Below are positions 25,388-34,298 of a stretch of DNA of 59,248 nt, in pieces; positions within the stretch are counted from its first letter, which is position 1; the number at the start of each line of letters is the position of its first letter. The notes below the pieces were generated by a model. That model was given only the letters and a program-made list of their open reading frames with translations. It had not been told where the DNA came from and made no database searches. Origin of the DNA: Acidobacteria bacterium RIFCSPLOWO2_12_FULL_65_11 (lineage in GTDB: Bacteria; Acidobacteriota; Vicinamibacteria; Vicinamibacterales; CAVVIG01); the NCBI GenBank assembly GCA_001767495.1, contig MELA01000083.1, positions 1 to 59,248 on the forward strand. Reading direction: 5' to 3'. Both the position numbers and the translations under genes were made by a program.

Positions 25388-26593
25388 GTGAAACGAATCG
25401 CCATCCTCGGATCCACCGGATCGATCGGGCAAAGCGCGCTCGCCGTCGTCGACGCGCACGCGGATCGCCTGCAGGTCGTCGGCCTCGCCGCCGGCGAGAA
25501 CGCCAACCTGCTCGCCGCGCAAATCGCGCGCTACCGGCCCTTGGTTGCGGCGATGGCCACCTGCGCCGCACTCGATCGCCTGAAGGAGAGCGGGCTGGCG
25601 GGAGTGGCGCTGGCCGGCACGGGCCGCGAAGGGCTGGTGGAGGTGGCCTCGCATCCGGACGTCGATCTGGTCCTGTGCGCGTCGGCGGGCACCGATGGCC
25701 TGGAAGCCGTGGTTGCCGCCATCGAGCACGGCAAGACCGTGGCACTCGCCAACAAGGAAGTGCTCGTGATGGCTGGGGGCCTCGTGACCGACGCCGCGCG
25801 GCGCAAAGGCGTCGCCATTCTGCCGGTCGACAGCGAGCACAACGCCATCCATCAGTGCCTCCACGGACGCCAGCACTCGGACATCAAGCGGCTGTTGCTG
25901 ACGGCGTCGGGCGGACCGTTTCGGGGCCGTCCCGCGTCCGATCTCTCAACGGTGTCGGCTGAAGAGGCGCTAAGACATCCCACCTGGCGCATGGGACGGA
26001 AGATCACGATCGACTCGGCGACGCTCATGAACAAGGGGCTCGAGGTGATCGAAGCACGCTGGCTGTTCGGCGTCCGTGCGGATCAGATCGACGTGGTCAT
26101 CCACCCGCAGTCGGTCGTCCATTCGATGGTGGAGCTGACCGATGGGTCGCTCATCGCACAGCTCGGCGTCACCGACATGCGGCTCCCGATCCAGTATGCC
26201 TTTTCGTACCCGGAGCGCTGGCCGGCGCCGCTGCCGTCACTCGACCTGGCACGGGCGGGGCGGCTTGAGTTCGAGGTGCCGGATACCGAGGCCTTTCCGT
26301 GCCTGCGCCTCGCGTATCGCGCCCTCGAAGCGGAGCGCAGCCACCCGCTCGTGCTGAACGCCGCCAACGAAGTCGCCGTGGCGCGGTTTCTCGAAGGACG
26401 GATCGGCTTTACCGCGATTCCCCTCGTCATCGAGCGGACGCTCGACGCGCACGGTGCGGCCGACGTGGACACGATCGAGCGCGTGCGCGAAATCGACCTG
26501 TGGGCCCGCGACTACGCACGGGAGATCGCCGGCGCTATAGAATTGGGGATTCGGGATTCGGGATTCGGGATTCGGGATTCGAGGGGGGCGTGA
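25388..26593 (+). CDS. dxr: 1-deoxy-D-xylulose 5-phosphate reductoisomerase
   Basis: ILGSTGSIGQSAL...ANKE...SGGPFR...HPTWRMG. The last roughly 15 codons (GIRDSGFGIRDSRGA) translate the heptamer array. Confidence 0.93.
   Translation: MKRIAILGSTGSIGQSALAVVDAHADRLQVVGLAAGENANLLAAQIARYRPLVAAMATCAALDRLKESGLAGVALAGTGREGLVEVASHPDVDLVLCASAGTDGLEAVVAAIEHGKTVALANKEVLVMAGGLVTDAARRKGVAILPVDSEHNAIHQCLHGRQHSDIKRLLLTASGGPFRGRPASDLSTVSAEEALRHPTWRMGRKITIDSATLMNKGLEVIEARWLFGVRADQIDVVIHPQSVVHSMVELTDGSLIAQLGVTDMRLPIQYAFSYPERWPAPLPSLDLARAGRLEFEVPDTEAFPCLRLAYRALEAERSHPLVLNAANEVAVARFLEGRIGFTAIPLVIERTLDAHGAADVDTIERVREIDLWARDYAREIAGAIELGIRDSGFGIRDSRGA
26545..26586. repeat. 7-nt tandem repeat (CGGGATT) spanning the dxr 3' end, just upstream of the rseP start
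   Basis: ggggattcgggattcgggattcgggattcgggattcgagggg. Confidence 0.85.
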
Positions 26594-27915
26594 CCACACT
26601 GCTTGCGTTTGTCTTCGTGCTGGGCGTGCTCGTGTTCGTGCACGAGCTCGGCCACTTTCTGGCCGCAAAGCGTATCGGGATCCGCGTGCTCAAGTTCCAG
26701 CTCGGCTTCAACCCCACCGTCCTCAGCTTCAAGCGCGGCGACACCGAGTATGGGATCGGCGCCCTGCCGCTCGGCGGCTACGTGAAAATGGCCGGTGAGA
26801 GCCCGGAGGAGGCGCGGACCGGAAGCCCCGACGAGTTCATGTCGAGGACCAAGTGGGAGCGCTTCCAGGTGCTCATCATGGGTCCCACCATGAACATCCT
26901 GCTGGCGGTCGTCGTGACGGCCGGCGTGCTGTACCGCGGCGCCGAAGTGCCGGCCTATCAGGATCAGCCGCCGGTCGTCGGCGTTGTCTCGGCCGATTCA
27001 CCGGCCGCCAAGGGCGACATTCGGCCCGGCGACCGCATTCTGTCGGTCGCCAACCGCGCGGTCGATACCTGGGAGCAGCTCTTTGTCGCGATCGGGTCGC
27101 GGCCCAATCGCGAGGTCTCGCTCGTCGTGCTGCGCGAGGGACGCGAGCTCGAGCGCAAGGTGACGCCGGTGGCGCCGCCCGGCGAGACACGGTTCGAGAT
27201 TGGCGACATCGGCGTGCTCCCCAACGTCCATCCGCGCCTGATTTCGGTCAACGCCGGCGAGCCGGGCGAGCGCGGCGGGCTGAGGGCCGGCGACGTCGTG
27301 CTGGAGGTCAACGGCGAGCCGATGTCGTTTTCCTCGCAGCTGCGCGACGCCATCGCCAAGCATCCGGACCAGCAGATTGCCGTGACGATTCTTCGCGGAG
27401 ACGCCCGTCAGACCATCGACGTCACGCCGGCGCTCAGTGGCACGATCGGCCGGCTCGGGATCGCGATTGCCGACCAGACCAAGAGCATCAAGCCCGGCGC
27501 CTTTGAAGCGGTCGGGATGAGCGTCGAGCGCAACGTCGAGTACGCGGGCCTGATCTTCCAGACGGTGTGGGGACTCATCACGCGCGAGACCTCGCCCCGG
27601 CAGCTGATGGGCCCGGTGGCGATCGCGCAGCTCTCGGGCGAGTCGGCCCAGCTCGGCCTGGTGGCGCTCTTCAGCCTGATGGCGACCATCAGCCTCAACC
27701 TCGGCATCCTCAATCTGCTGCCGATTCCGATCCTCGACGGCGGGCACATTTTCATCATGGCGGTCGAAGGGCTCTTCCGACGCGACTTCAGCGTCCGCGT
27801 GAAGGAGAAGATGCTGCTGGCCGGCTTTGTCGTGCTGATGATGCTGATGGTGACCGTGATCTACAACGACCTCACCCGCATCACCTGGATCGAGCGCCTC
27901 ATGCCCTGGCGGTAG
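26590..27915 (+). CDS. rseP: RIP metalloprotease RseP (site-2 protease, M50)
   Basis: VFVHELGHFLAAK (HExxH), PDZ region, NLLPIPILDGGH. GTG at 26590 overlaps the dxr stop (GTGA). The ORF-track extension to 26299 is rejected. Confidence 0.9.
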   Translation: MTTLLAFVFVLGVLVFVHELGHFLAAKRIGIRVLKFQLGFNPTVLSFKRGDTEYGIGALPLGGYVKMAGESPEEARTGSPDEFMSRTKWERFQVLIMGPTMNILLAVVVTAGVLYRGAEVPAYQDQPPVVGVVSADSPAAKGDIRPGDRILSVANRAVDTWEQLFVAIGSRPNREVSLVVLREGRELERKVTPVAPPGETRFEIGDIGVLPNVHPRLISVNAGEPGERGGLRAGDVVLEVNGEPMSFSSQLRDAIAKHPDQQIAVTILRGDARQTIDVTPALSGTIGRLGIAIADQTKSIKPGAFEAVGMSVERNVEYAGLIFQTVWGLITRETSPRQLMGPVAIAQLSGESAQLGLVALFSLMATISLNLGILNLLPIPILDGGHIFIMAVEGLFRRDFSVRVKEKMLLAGFVVLMMLMVTVIYNDLTRITWIERLMPWR

Positions 27916-29435
27916 GGGCACGCTTTGTAGGGCTCCTCTGGCCAGAGGACCGCTTGCATTCGAAGAGGTGATGAGATTCGCCGCGCAGATGGTCGACGCC
28001 CTCGACCAGGCCCATCGGCACGGCGTGACCCATCGCGACCTCAAACCGGCCAATATCTTTCTTGTGGCGCGCGGGGCCCAACCCCCCGCACGCTGAAGAC
28101 GGCCGCCTCGAGCGTAGACTCTCGGCGGCCGCCGGCTCGTACGTGAAGCTGCTCGATTTCGGGCTTGCCAAGCTGGCCGCGCCCAAGTCTGCGTTCACTC
28201 AATCCGCCGCATCCGTCGCCACGAATCAGCCGACGGTGCTCCCGCTGACCCTCGAAGGGACAATCCTCGGGACGCTCGGGTACATGCCACCCGAACAACT
28301 GGAAGGCGGGGACGGCGACGCGCGCTCGGACATCTTTGCGTTTGGCGCCATTCTGTTCGAGATGACGACCGGCCGACGCGCCTTTACAGGCAAGTCCAAC
28401 GTCAGCCTGATGGCAGCCATCCTCGACCACGAGCCGCCGCCGATCTCCTCCATCCAGTCGATCTCACCGCCGGCTCTCGACGAGGTCGCACGAATCTGTC
28501 TGGCGAAGAATCCTGACGATCGGTGGCAAAGCGCGGCCGACCTGCTGCACGCCCTGAAGCTGGCCCTTAAGGCCGGATTGCCTTCTTCCGTAACCGCGGC
28601 GGCTGAGCCGAAAGGCGGCAAAGTGCGCGAGCGTGCGGCCTGGGCAGTTGCCGCGCTGTTCATGCTTGCCACGACAGCGGGCACAACGTGGTGGTGGCTC
28701 AGGTCCGATCCGCCGCCGCCCGCAAAGGTGTCATTTGAGATCCCAGGCCAGCCTTCACCGTCTCTCCTGCAGTTCGCGCTGTCTCCAGACGGTGCGAATT
28801 TCGTCGCGCCAATCACCACGCCGCAAGGCGCTGCGCTCTGGCTGCGTCAACTGGATCAGATCGAGGGACGAACACTTTCGGCAGCCGTTCAGGGGGGCTC
28901 GTTCCCGTTCTGGTCGCCCGATGGACGTTTCATTGCGTTCTTTGCCTTGGGCAAGCTGAACAAGATCGATCTCGTTGGGTCACCCGCCCAGCCCCTTTGT
29001 GATGCTGCCGAGGGCCGCGGCGGAACGTGGAATCGAGACGGCGTCATTCTCTTTGCGCCGACGGCCAGCGGGCCATTATTCACGGTGCCGGCAGTCGGCG
29101 GCATTCCCGTTCAAGTGACGGAGCTCGATCAGCCAAGGCAGGAGACCGCGCACCGCCACCCGAAGTTCCTGCCCGACGGTGAGCACTTCGTATTCTTCGT
29201 CGCCAGCGGGAAGCCCGAGAATTCCGGAATCTACCTTGGTGTTCTGGGCTCGAAAGAAACGACGCGTCTCGTGGCGAGCGACGTGATGGCGGCTTTCGCG
29301 CCTCCGGATCATCTCCTGTTCATACGGGAGAACACGCTGATGGCGCAGCTGTTCGATCCGAGCCGGCTCGAGCTGCAGGGCGATCCATTTCCGATTGCAG
29401 AAGATTGGGGAAGTAAGAGCACGTTGCAGCATTAA
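27914..29435 (+). pseudogene. Ser/Thr kinase fused to TolB-like beta-propeller; 5'-truncated and frameshifted
   Basis: Frame 2 gives RGPLAFEEVMRFAAQMVDALDQAHRHGVTHRDLKPANIFLV then a stop at about 28092. Frame 3 continues VKLLDFGLAK...GTLGYMPPEQ...PD40 repeats (FWSPDGRFIAF). No G-loop or VAIK region. Confidence 0.7.
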
Positions 29436-29443
29436 CGTGCCGC

Positions 29444-29547
29444 GCGGGTGGCCGCGAACGGGGCCGCCCCGCCGGGCGCGGAGGCATCGCCCGCTACAAG
29501 TGCTTTTTGCCGAGCATTCGGTGGGGCTGTTCGCGGACAGGACCCGC
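29444..29547 (+). mobile_element. MITE-like repeat, copy B, nested in a longer imperfect hairpin (about 29413-29572)
   Basis: Matches the reverse complement of 4213-4319. Outer arms are agcacgttgcagcattaac and gttaatgctgctgcgtgct. The kinase ORF stop lies inside the left arm. Confidence 0.6.
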
Positions 29548-29597
29548 CCGAAGTTAATGCTGCTGCGTGCTCCTAAGTCTCAAGTCTGACGGTTCGA

Positions 29598-29864
29598 GTG
29601 AGGCAGACTTCAGCTTGCGAAAGCGCTGAACCGGATTATCTTAATATTGCGATATACTCTCGGGGCGCCTCGGTGCCTCAGACCAAGCTCATCTTCTTTT
29701 ATTTCTTCCACGGGCGACACGTGGCCGTTCTCGCAAGTGGGCTGACCAAGGAATCCGAGATTCCGCCGGCGGAGATTGACCGGGCGATGGCACGCAAGCG
29801 TTTATTCGAGCAAGACCCCAACGGTCACAGTTATGAAGAAACCGAAGACAGTAGGCCGCACTAG
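29598..29864 (+). CDS. RelE/ParE-superfamily toxin (Gp49/HigB-like), possibly 5'-truncated
   Basis: KLIFFYFFHGRHVAVLASGLTKESEIPPAEIDRAMARKR matches the (R)IxYFF..g..vvLLhgFxKK..P..EI..A core. Local low GC. Confidence 0.5.
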   Translation: MRQTSACESAEPDYLNIAIYSRGASVPQTKLIFFYFFHGRHVAVLASGLTKESEIPPAEIDRAMARKRLFEQDPNGHSYEETEDSRPH

Positions 29865-30177
29865 GGACGGGCTGAAGATTCTGGATCGGATCACGGGGAA
29901 CGATCCGCGGCTCCGCGAGGAGATTGGAGAGGCCAAGGTCAATTTCCGGGTGGCCCAGCTCATCTACGATGCGCGCACGGCCGCGGAGATGACCCAGCAG
30001 CAGCTCGCCGATCTCGTGGGCACCAAGCAATCCGTCATCGCACGGCTGGAAGACGCCGACTACGAAGGGCACTCATTGACCATGCTCAGTCGCATCGCGC
30101 GGGTCTTACATCAAAGGCTCGAAGTCAGGTTCGTGCCGAAACGCGCGCGTGAACGGCAGTCGGCGGCGGCGCGATAG
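29833..30177 (+). CDS. XRE-family HTH antitoxin (HigA-like)
   Basis: MTQQQLADLVGTKQSVIARLEDADYEGHSLTMLSRIARVL. ATG at 29833 overlaps the end of the toxin ORF. Confidence 0.7.
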   Translation: MKKPKTVGRTRDGLKILDRITGNDPRLREEIGEAKVNFRVAQLIYDARTAAEMTQQQLADLVGTKQSVIARLEDADYEGHSLTMLSRIARVLHQRLEVRFVPKRARERQSAAAR

Positions 30178-30178
30178 G

Positions 30179-31480
30179 TTAGGACCGCAGCACGTCCCGC
30201 ATCGCTCCCCGCGCGGCGGCGATTGTCTTGTCCACGTCCTTCACCGTGTGAGCCGCCGAGAGAAACCACGCCTCGAACTGTGACGGCGGCGGGTAGATGC
30301 CTCGCGCCAGCATGCCTCGGAAGAACCGGCCGTAGCGCTGCGCGTCGGCGCTGGTGGCGGATTGGTAGTCACGAACCGGTCGATCGGTGAAGAACGGCGT
30401 CAGCACCGATCCGACGGCGTTGACCTGCAGAGCCACTCCCGCCTCGCGCGCTGCGTCGGCCAGGCCGGCGGCGAGACGCGTGCCGAGCTTGGCAAGATTC
30501 GGATACAGGCTCGGCTTGAGTTGGCGGAGCGACCACAGGCCGGCGGTCATGGCGAGCGGGTTGCCCGACAACGTGCCCGCCTGGTACACCGGTCCGGCGG
30601 GCGACACCATCTCCATCAGATTCGCCCGGCCGCCGTAGGCGCCGACCGGCAGGCCACCGCCGATGATTTTTCCGAGACACGTCAGATCGGGAGTCACCCA
30701 GGCCAGTTGTTGAGCGCCACCGGGCGCGACGCGGAATCCGGAGATGACCTCGTCGAAGATCAGCAGGGTCCTTTCCGACGAGCAAATCTCCCGCAGCGCG
30801 CGGAGGAATCCGTCGGCCGGAGGGACGACGCCCATATTCCCCGCGATCGGCTCGACAATGACCGCGGCGATGTGGTCGCGGTTGGCGTCGAACAGGCGTC
30901 GCACCGACTCAAGATCGTTGTAACTGGCGATGAGCGTGTCGGCCGCCGCCCCGTGGGTGACGCCGGGGCTCGTCGGCTGGCCCAGCGTCAGCGCGCCCGA
31001 TCCGGCCTGCACGAGAAAGGGATCGGCATGCCCGTGGTAGCAGCCTTCGAATTTGACGATCCGCTCCCGCTTGGTCGCCGCCCGCGCGAGGCGCACCGCG
31101 CTCATGGTCGCCTCGGTGCCGGAATTGACGAAGCGCACGCGCTCGACCGACTGCATCAGCTCGCGGACGCGCTCGCCGAGCTCCACTTCGAGCGGGCTCG
31201 GCGCGCCGAAGCTGGTACCGTCGCGCGCGGCCGCCGCCAGCGCTTTCACCAGGCCGCGCGGCGCGTGGCCGTGAATGAGCGGTCCCCAGGACATCACGTA
31301 GTCGATGTACGAATTGCCGTCGACATCCTCGATGCGGGCGCCCGCCGCGCGTCGGATGAAGATCGGTGAGGCGCCGACCGCCTTGAAGGCGCGGACGGGA
31401 CTGTCGACGCCGCCGGGAAGGATCTGTTGCGCGCGCGCGAACAGCGTTCGGGATTTTGAGACGCTCATCGATGGTGGCAC
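30179..31480 (-). CDS. hemL: Glutamate-1-semialdehyde 2,1-aminomutase
   Basis: GGVDSPVRAF...DYVMSWGPLIHGH...FDEVISGFR...LGKIIGGGLPVGAYGG. Confidence 0.93.
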   Translation of the reverse strand: MPPSMSVSKSRTLFARAQQILPGGVDSPVRAFKAVGASPIFIRRAAGARIEDVDGNSYIDYVMSWGPLIHGHAPRGLVKALAAAARDGTSFGAPSPLEVELGERVRELMQSVERVRFVNSGTEATMSAVRLARAATKRERIVKFEGCYHGHADPFLVQAGSGALTLGQPTSPGVTHGAAADTLIASYNDLESVRRLFDANRDHIAAVIVEPIAGNMGVVPPADGFLRALREICSSERTLLIFDEVISGFRVAPGGAQQLAWVTPDLTCLGKIIGGGLPVGAYGGRANLMEMVSPAGPVYQAGTLSGNPLAMTAGLWSLRQLKPSLYPNLAKLGTRLAAGLADAAREAGVALQVNAVGSVLTPFFTDRPVRDYQSATSADAQRYGRFFRGMLARGIYPPPSQFEAWFLSAAHTVKDVDKTIAAARGAMRDVLRS

Positions 31481-31485
31481 CTGTT

Positions 31486-31570
31486 TATCACGAAGTCACG
31501 AAGGCCACGAAGGTACACGAAGAACTCCGAAGAACTATATAGTTTTCGTGTTCTTCGTGTCTTCGTGATA
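31486..31570. repeat. Hairpin of 7-9-nt units (CACGAAG family)
   Basis: atcacgaagtcacgaaggccacgaaggtacacgaagaac ... gttttcgtgttcttcgtgtcttcgtgat. Confidence 0.8.
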
Positions 31571-31583
31571 GGCGGTCGTTTAG

Positions 31584-32579
31584 CTAGGCGAGGGCGCGGG
31601 CGGCGTCTACCGCGTAATACGTGATGATGATGTCGGCGCCGGCGCGGCGGATGGCGGTGAGGCACTCGATCATCGCCCGGCGCTCGTCGATCCAGCCGTT
31701 CATTGCCGCCGCCTTGAGCATCGAGTACTCCCCGCTGACCTGGTAGGCCGCCGTCGGGTAGCCGAAGCGCTCTTTCGCGCGCGAGACGACGTCGAGGTAG
31801 GGCAGCGCCGGCTTGACCATGACGATGTCGGCGCCTTCCTCGATGTCGAGCTCGATTTCGCGCAGGGCTTCCTCGGCGTTGGCAGGGTCCATCTGGTGCG
31901 AGCGGCGGTCGCCGAACTTCGGCGCCGACGCGACGGCATCGCGGAACGGCCCGTAGAACGCCGAGCAGTACTTCGCCGAGTAGGCCATGATCGCCCGGTT
32001 CTCGAAGCCGCGCTCGTCGAGCGCGGCCCGGATGGCGCCGACGCGTCCGTCCATCATGTCTGACGGCGCGATGACGTCGGCGCCGGCGGCGGCGTGGGAG
32101 ACGGCGGTGCGCACAAGCTGATCGACCGTCGCGTCATTCACGATCTCATCGTCGATCACCAGGCCGCAGTGGCCGTGATCGGTGTACTCGCACAGGCAGA
32201 CGTCGGTCATCACGAGGACGTCCGGAAGCTGGCGCTTGATGGCGCGGATCGCCGATTGAACCGGCGCCTCGGGATCGTACGCGGCCGATCCGACGGCGTC
32301 TTTGTGGTCCGGCAGGCCGAACAGCAGCACGCTCTTCACGCCGACGGCCCGTGCGCGCTCGGTCTCCTTGGCCGCTTCGTCGACCGACAGGTTGAACACG
32401 CCGGGCATCGACCCCACCTCGCGGCGCACGCCTTCGCCTTCGCAGACAAACAGCGGCAGGACGAACATGTCTGGCGAGAGCCGCGTTTCGCGGACGAGCG
32501 CACGCAGCGTCTCGGAGTGCCGCAGCCGCCGCAGCCGTCGCGTGAGCTTGAGCGAGGTGTGAGTCTGAGTCGGATTCAT
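31584..32579 (-). CDS. hemB: Porphobilinogen synthase (delta-aminolevulinate dehydratase)
   Basis: RRLR..ETLR.LVRET.L...[14 protein letters not shown]...SDMMDGRV...VKPALPYLD. Confidence 0.93.
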   Translation of the reverse strand: MNPTQTHTSLKLTRRLRRLRHSETLRALVRETRLSPDMFVLPLFVCEGEGVRREVGSMPGVFNLSVDEAAKETERARAVGVKSVLLFGLPDHKDAVGSAAYDPEAPVQSAIRAIKRQLPDVLVMTDVCLCEYTDHGHCGLVIDDEIVNDATVDQLVRTAVSHAAAGADVIAPSDMMDGRVGAIRAALDERGFENRAIMAYSAKYCSAFYGPFRDAVASAPKFGDRRSHQMDPANAEEALREIELDIEEGADIVMVKPALPYLDVVSRAKERFGYPTAAYQVSGEYSMLKAAAMNGWIDERRAMIECLTAIRRAGADIIITYYAVDAARALA

Positions 32580-32590
32580 GACGTGTCCCG

Positions 32591-32613
32591 GTCCGGCTGA
32601 AGCCGGACACTAC
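32591..32613. repeat. REP-A copy overlapping the stop of the HemD reading frame
   Basis: gtccggctgaagccggacactac. Confidence 0.8.
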
Positions 32614-32822
32614 GACGGCTCTTGACCGCCCTGCTTTTCGAAGTATTCCACGATCGCGTCGACGAGCGCCGGAACAGTGTACCGCGCGGGCTGAATCGTC
32701 GTCTGGATACCGAGCTGCGTCGCGGCTTCCGCTGTCACGGGTCCGATCGACGCCACCACCGTCGCGCGCAGGAGGTCGGCCGCCGGCTCGGCGCCCAGTA
32801 CCTTGACGAACGCGCGAACCGC
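32610..32822 (-). pseudogene. hemD: C-terminal 70 codons of the HemD domain, in frame with and directly downstream of the TAG at 32823-32825
   Basis: Hand translation: AVRAFVKVLGAEPAADLLRATVVASIGPVTAEAATQLGIQTTIQPARYTVPALVDAIVEYFEKQGGQEPS. This is the usual continuation after the FTS(x) motif. Confidence 0.65.
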
Positions 32823-34157
32823 CTACGCGCTCGTGAAGGTCACCACGTCGAGACGGCGGTCGAGCAGCATACGGTAGATATCCGGCTCGCCCTCACCGGC
32901 CGGTTCGGCGAGAACCGTGCGGTACGCGATCACCTCGGTCACGTTCGCGCCTTGTTTTCGCAACTCTTCGGCCAGCAGCTCGCGACCGATATCGGCATGC
33001 GGTAAGAGGACCGCCAGACCGCCCACGTCTCCAGCCTCGGCCATGGCGCGCAGCACGCCTTCGGCGCGATACTCCGACGGCGTCAGGTCGACCTTGAGGC
33101 CGTGGCGCGCGAGCCGCTCGGCGGTGGCCGGTCCGACCCCGCAGAGCTTCACGCCTGAGAGCGCGCGCAGATCCAGCGGCGTCTGCAGCAGTCGCTCGAT
33201 GAACGCGTCCACCGAATTGACGCTCGAAAAGACGATCCAATCAAACGACCCTGCCCGCGCGCATGCGTCGTCGAGCGGGCCGTAGTCGGCGGGCGGCACG
33301 ATCCGAATCATCGGCGCCTCGACGGCCTCCGCACCCGCCTCTTCGAGTCGTTCGACCAGTTCTGCCGCCTGCTCGCGCGGGCGCGTGACAAGCACGCGCT
33401 TGCCGAAGAGCGGCCGCACATCGAACCATCGCAGGTGTTCCCGGAGCGCCGTCACGCGCCCGACGATGAGGATGGCCGGACGCCGATCGTCGGAGTCGCG
33501 GACGCCGCGGGCCAGCTCGGCGAGCGTACCCTGGCGCGTCTGCTGGGTCGGGAGCGTCCCGTCGTAGACCACGGCCGCTGAATCCTCGGCCGGTCTGCCG
33601 TGGGAGACGAGCGCGCTCAGGATGTGCGGCAGCTGTCGTGCGCCCGCGTAGCACACGATCGTGCCGTCGAGTTTCGCGAGGCTCGTCCAGTCGACCGACG
33701 CGCGCGTCTTGCCCTCGTCTTCATGGCCGCGGACGAATGTCAACGTGTCGCCACCACCGGGATACGTGACCGGCACGCCGGCGTAGCTCGGCACGGCAAT
33801 GCCCGCAGGGATGCCCGGCACCACCTCGAAGCGCACGCCTTGCTCGTGCAGAAAGAGCGCCTCGGCGCCGCCGCGATCGAACACGAAGGGGTCGCCCCAC
33901 TTCAGCCGCGCCACGGTCTTGCCCTCGCGCGCCTTCTCGGCGAGAAGGTAACAGATGGCTTCCTCTTCGAGCGGCTGCGGGGCGGCCGCGCCGACGTCGA
34001 TTTGTTCGGCGTCGGGGCGCGCGTAGCGGAGCAGGCGCGCGTGGACCAGATGGTCGTACAACACCACGTCGGCCGCCGTCAGGCACTGCAGGCCGCGGAC
34101 GGTGATGAGGCCCGGATCGCCGGGGCCGGCACCGATGAGATAAACGACGCTTGGCAT
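32823..34157 (-). CDS. cobA: Uroporphyrinogen-III C-methyltransferase (CobA/SUMT) fused to uroporphyrinogen-III synthase (HemD); ends at an internal TAG
   Basis: VYLIGAGPGDPGLITVRG...VVLYDHLV...RLKWGDPFVFDRGG, then HemD-like GKRVLVTRPREQA...VVTFTSA-stop. Confidence 0.85.
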   Translation of the reverse strand: MPSVVYLIGAGPGDPGLITVRGLQCLTAADVVLYDHLVHARLLRYARPDAEQIDVGAAAPQPLEEEAICYLLAEKAREGKTVARLKWGDPFVFDRGGAEALFLHEQGVRFEVVPGIPAGIAVPSYAGVPVTYPGGGDTLTFVRGHEDEGKTRASVDWTSLAKLDGTIVCYAGARQLPHILSALVSHGRPAEDSAAVVYDGTLPTQQTRQGTLAELARGVRDSDDRRPAILIVGRVTALREHLRWFDVRPLFGKRVLVTRPREQAAELVERLEEAGAEAVEAPMIRIVPPADYGPLDDACARAGSFDWIVFSSVNSVDAFIERLLQTPLDLRALSGVKLCGVGPATAERLARHGLKVDLTPSEYRAEGVLRAMAEAGDVGGLAVLLPHADIGRELLAEELRKQGANVTEVIAYRTVLAEPAGEGEPDIYRMLLDRRLDVVTFTSA

Positions 34158-34159
34158 CG

Positions 34160-34298
34160 CAGTCAGTCAGCAGTCAGCAGTCAGCAGTCAGCAGTCAGCA
34201 GTCAGCAGTCAGCAGTCAACAGTCGGCGGTCAGCAGTCTACAGTCATCGGTCGTTGTGGTCGACTGCCGACTGAGGACTGTCGACTGTCGCCTGCCGA
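34160..34298. repeat. Long 7-nt tandem array (CAGTCAG, 8 or more units) with an imperfect inverted arm (GACTGNC)
   Basis: cagtcagcagtcagcagtcag... then cgactgccgactgaggactgtcgactgtcgcctgccgac. Overlaps the hemC 3' end. Confidence 0.85.

Noticed and set aside
26299-26589. N-terminal 97-codon extension of the rseP ORF
   Set aside because: It overlaps the dxr coding region in another frame and translates as Arg-rich junk. The M50 protein begins naturally at GTG 26590 (VTTLLAFVFVLGVLVFVHELGH), overlapping the dxr stop.
4213-29547. 25-kb invertible segment bounded by the two inverted MITE-like copies and kinase remnants
   Set aside because: The two kinase fragments overlap in domain content (both have HRDLKPAN and DFGLAK) and differ in sequence, so they are not halves of one gene. 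No recombinase is present, and the interval holds ordinary housekeeping operons.
34160-34298. Tandem arrays (this and the other 7-9 nt arrays) as CRISPR loci
   Set aside because: Units are only 7-9 nt and contiguous, with no spacers and no cas genes. They are microsatellite-like hairpin arms, not CRISPR repeats.
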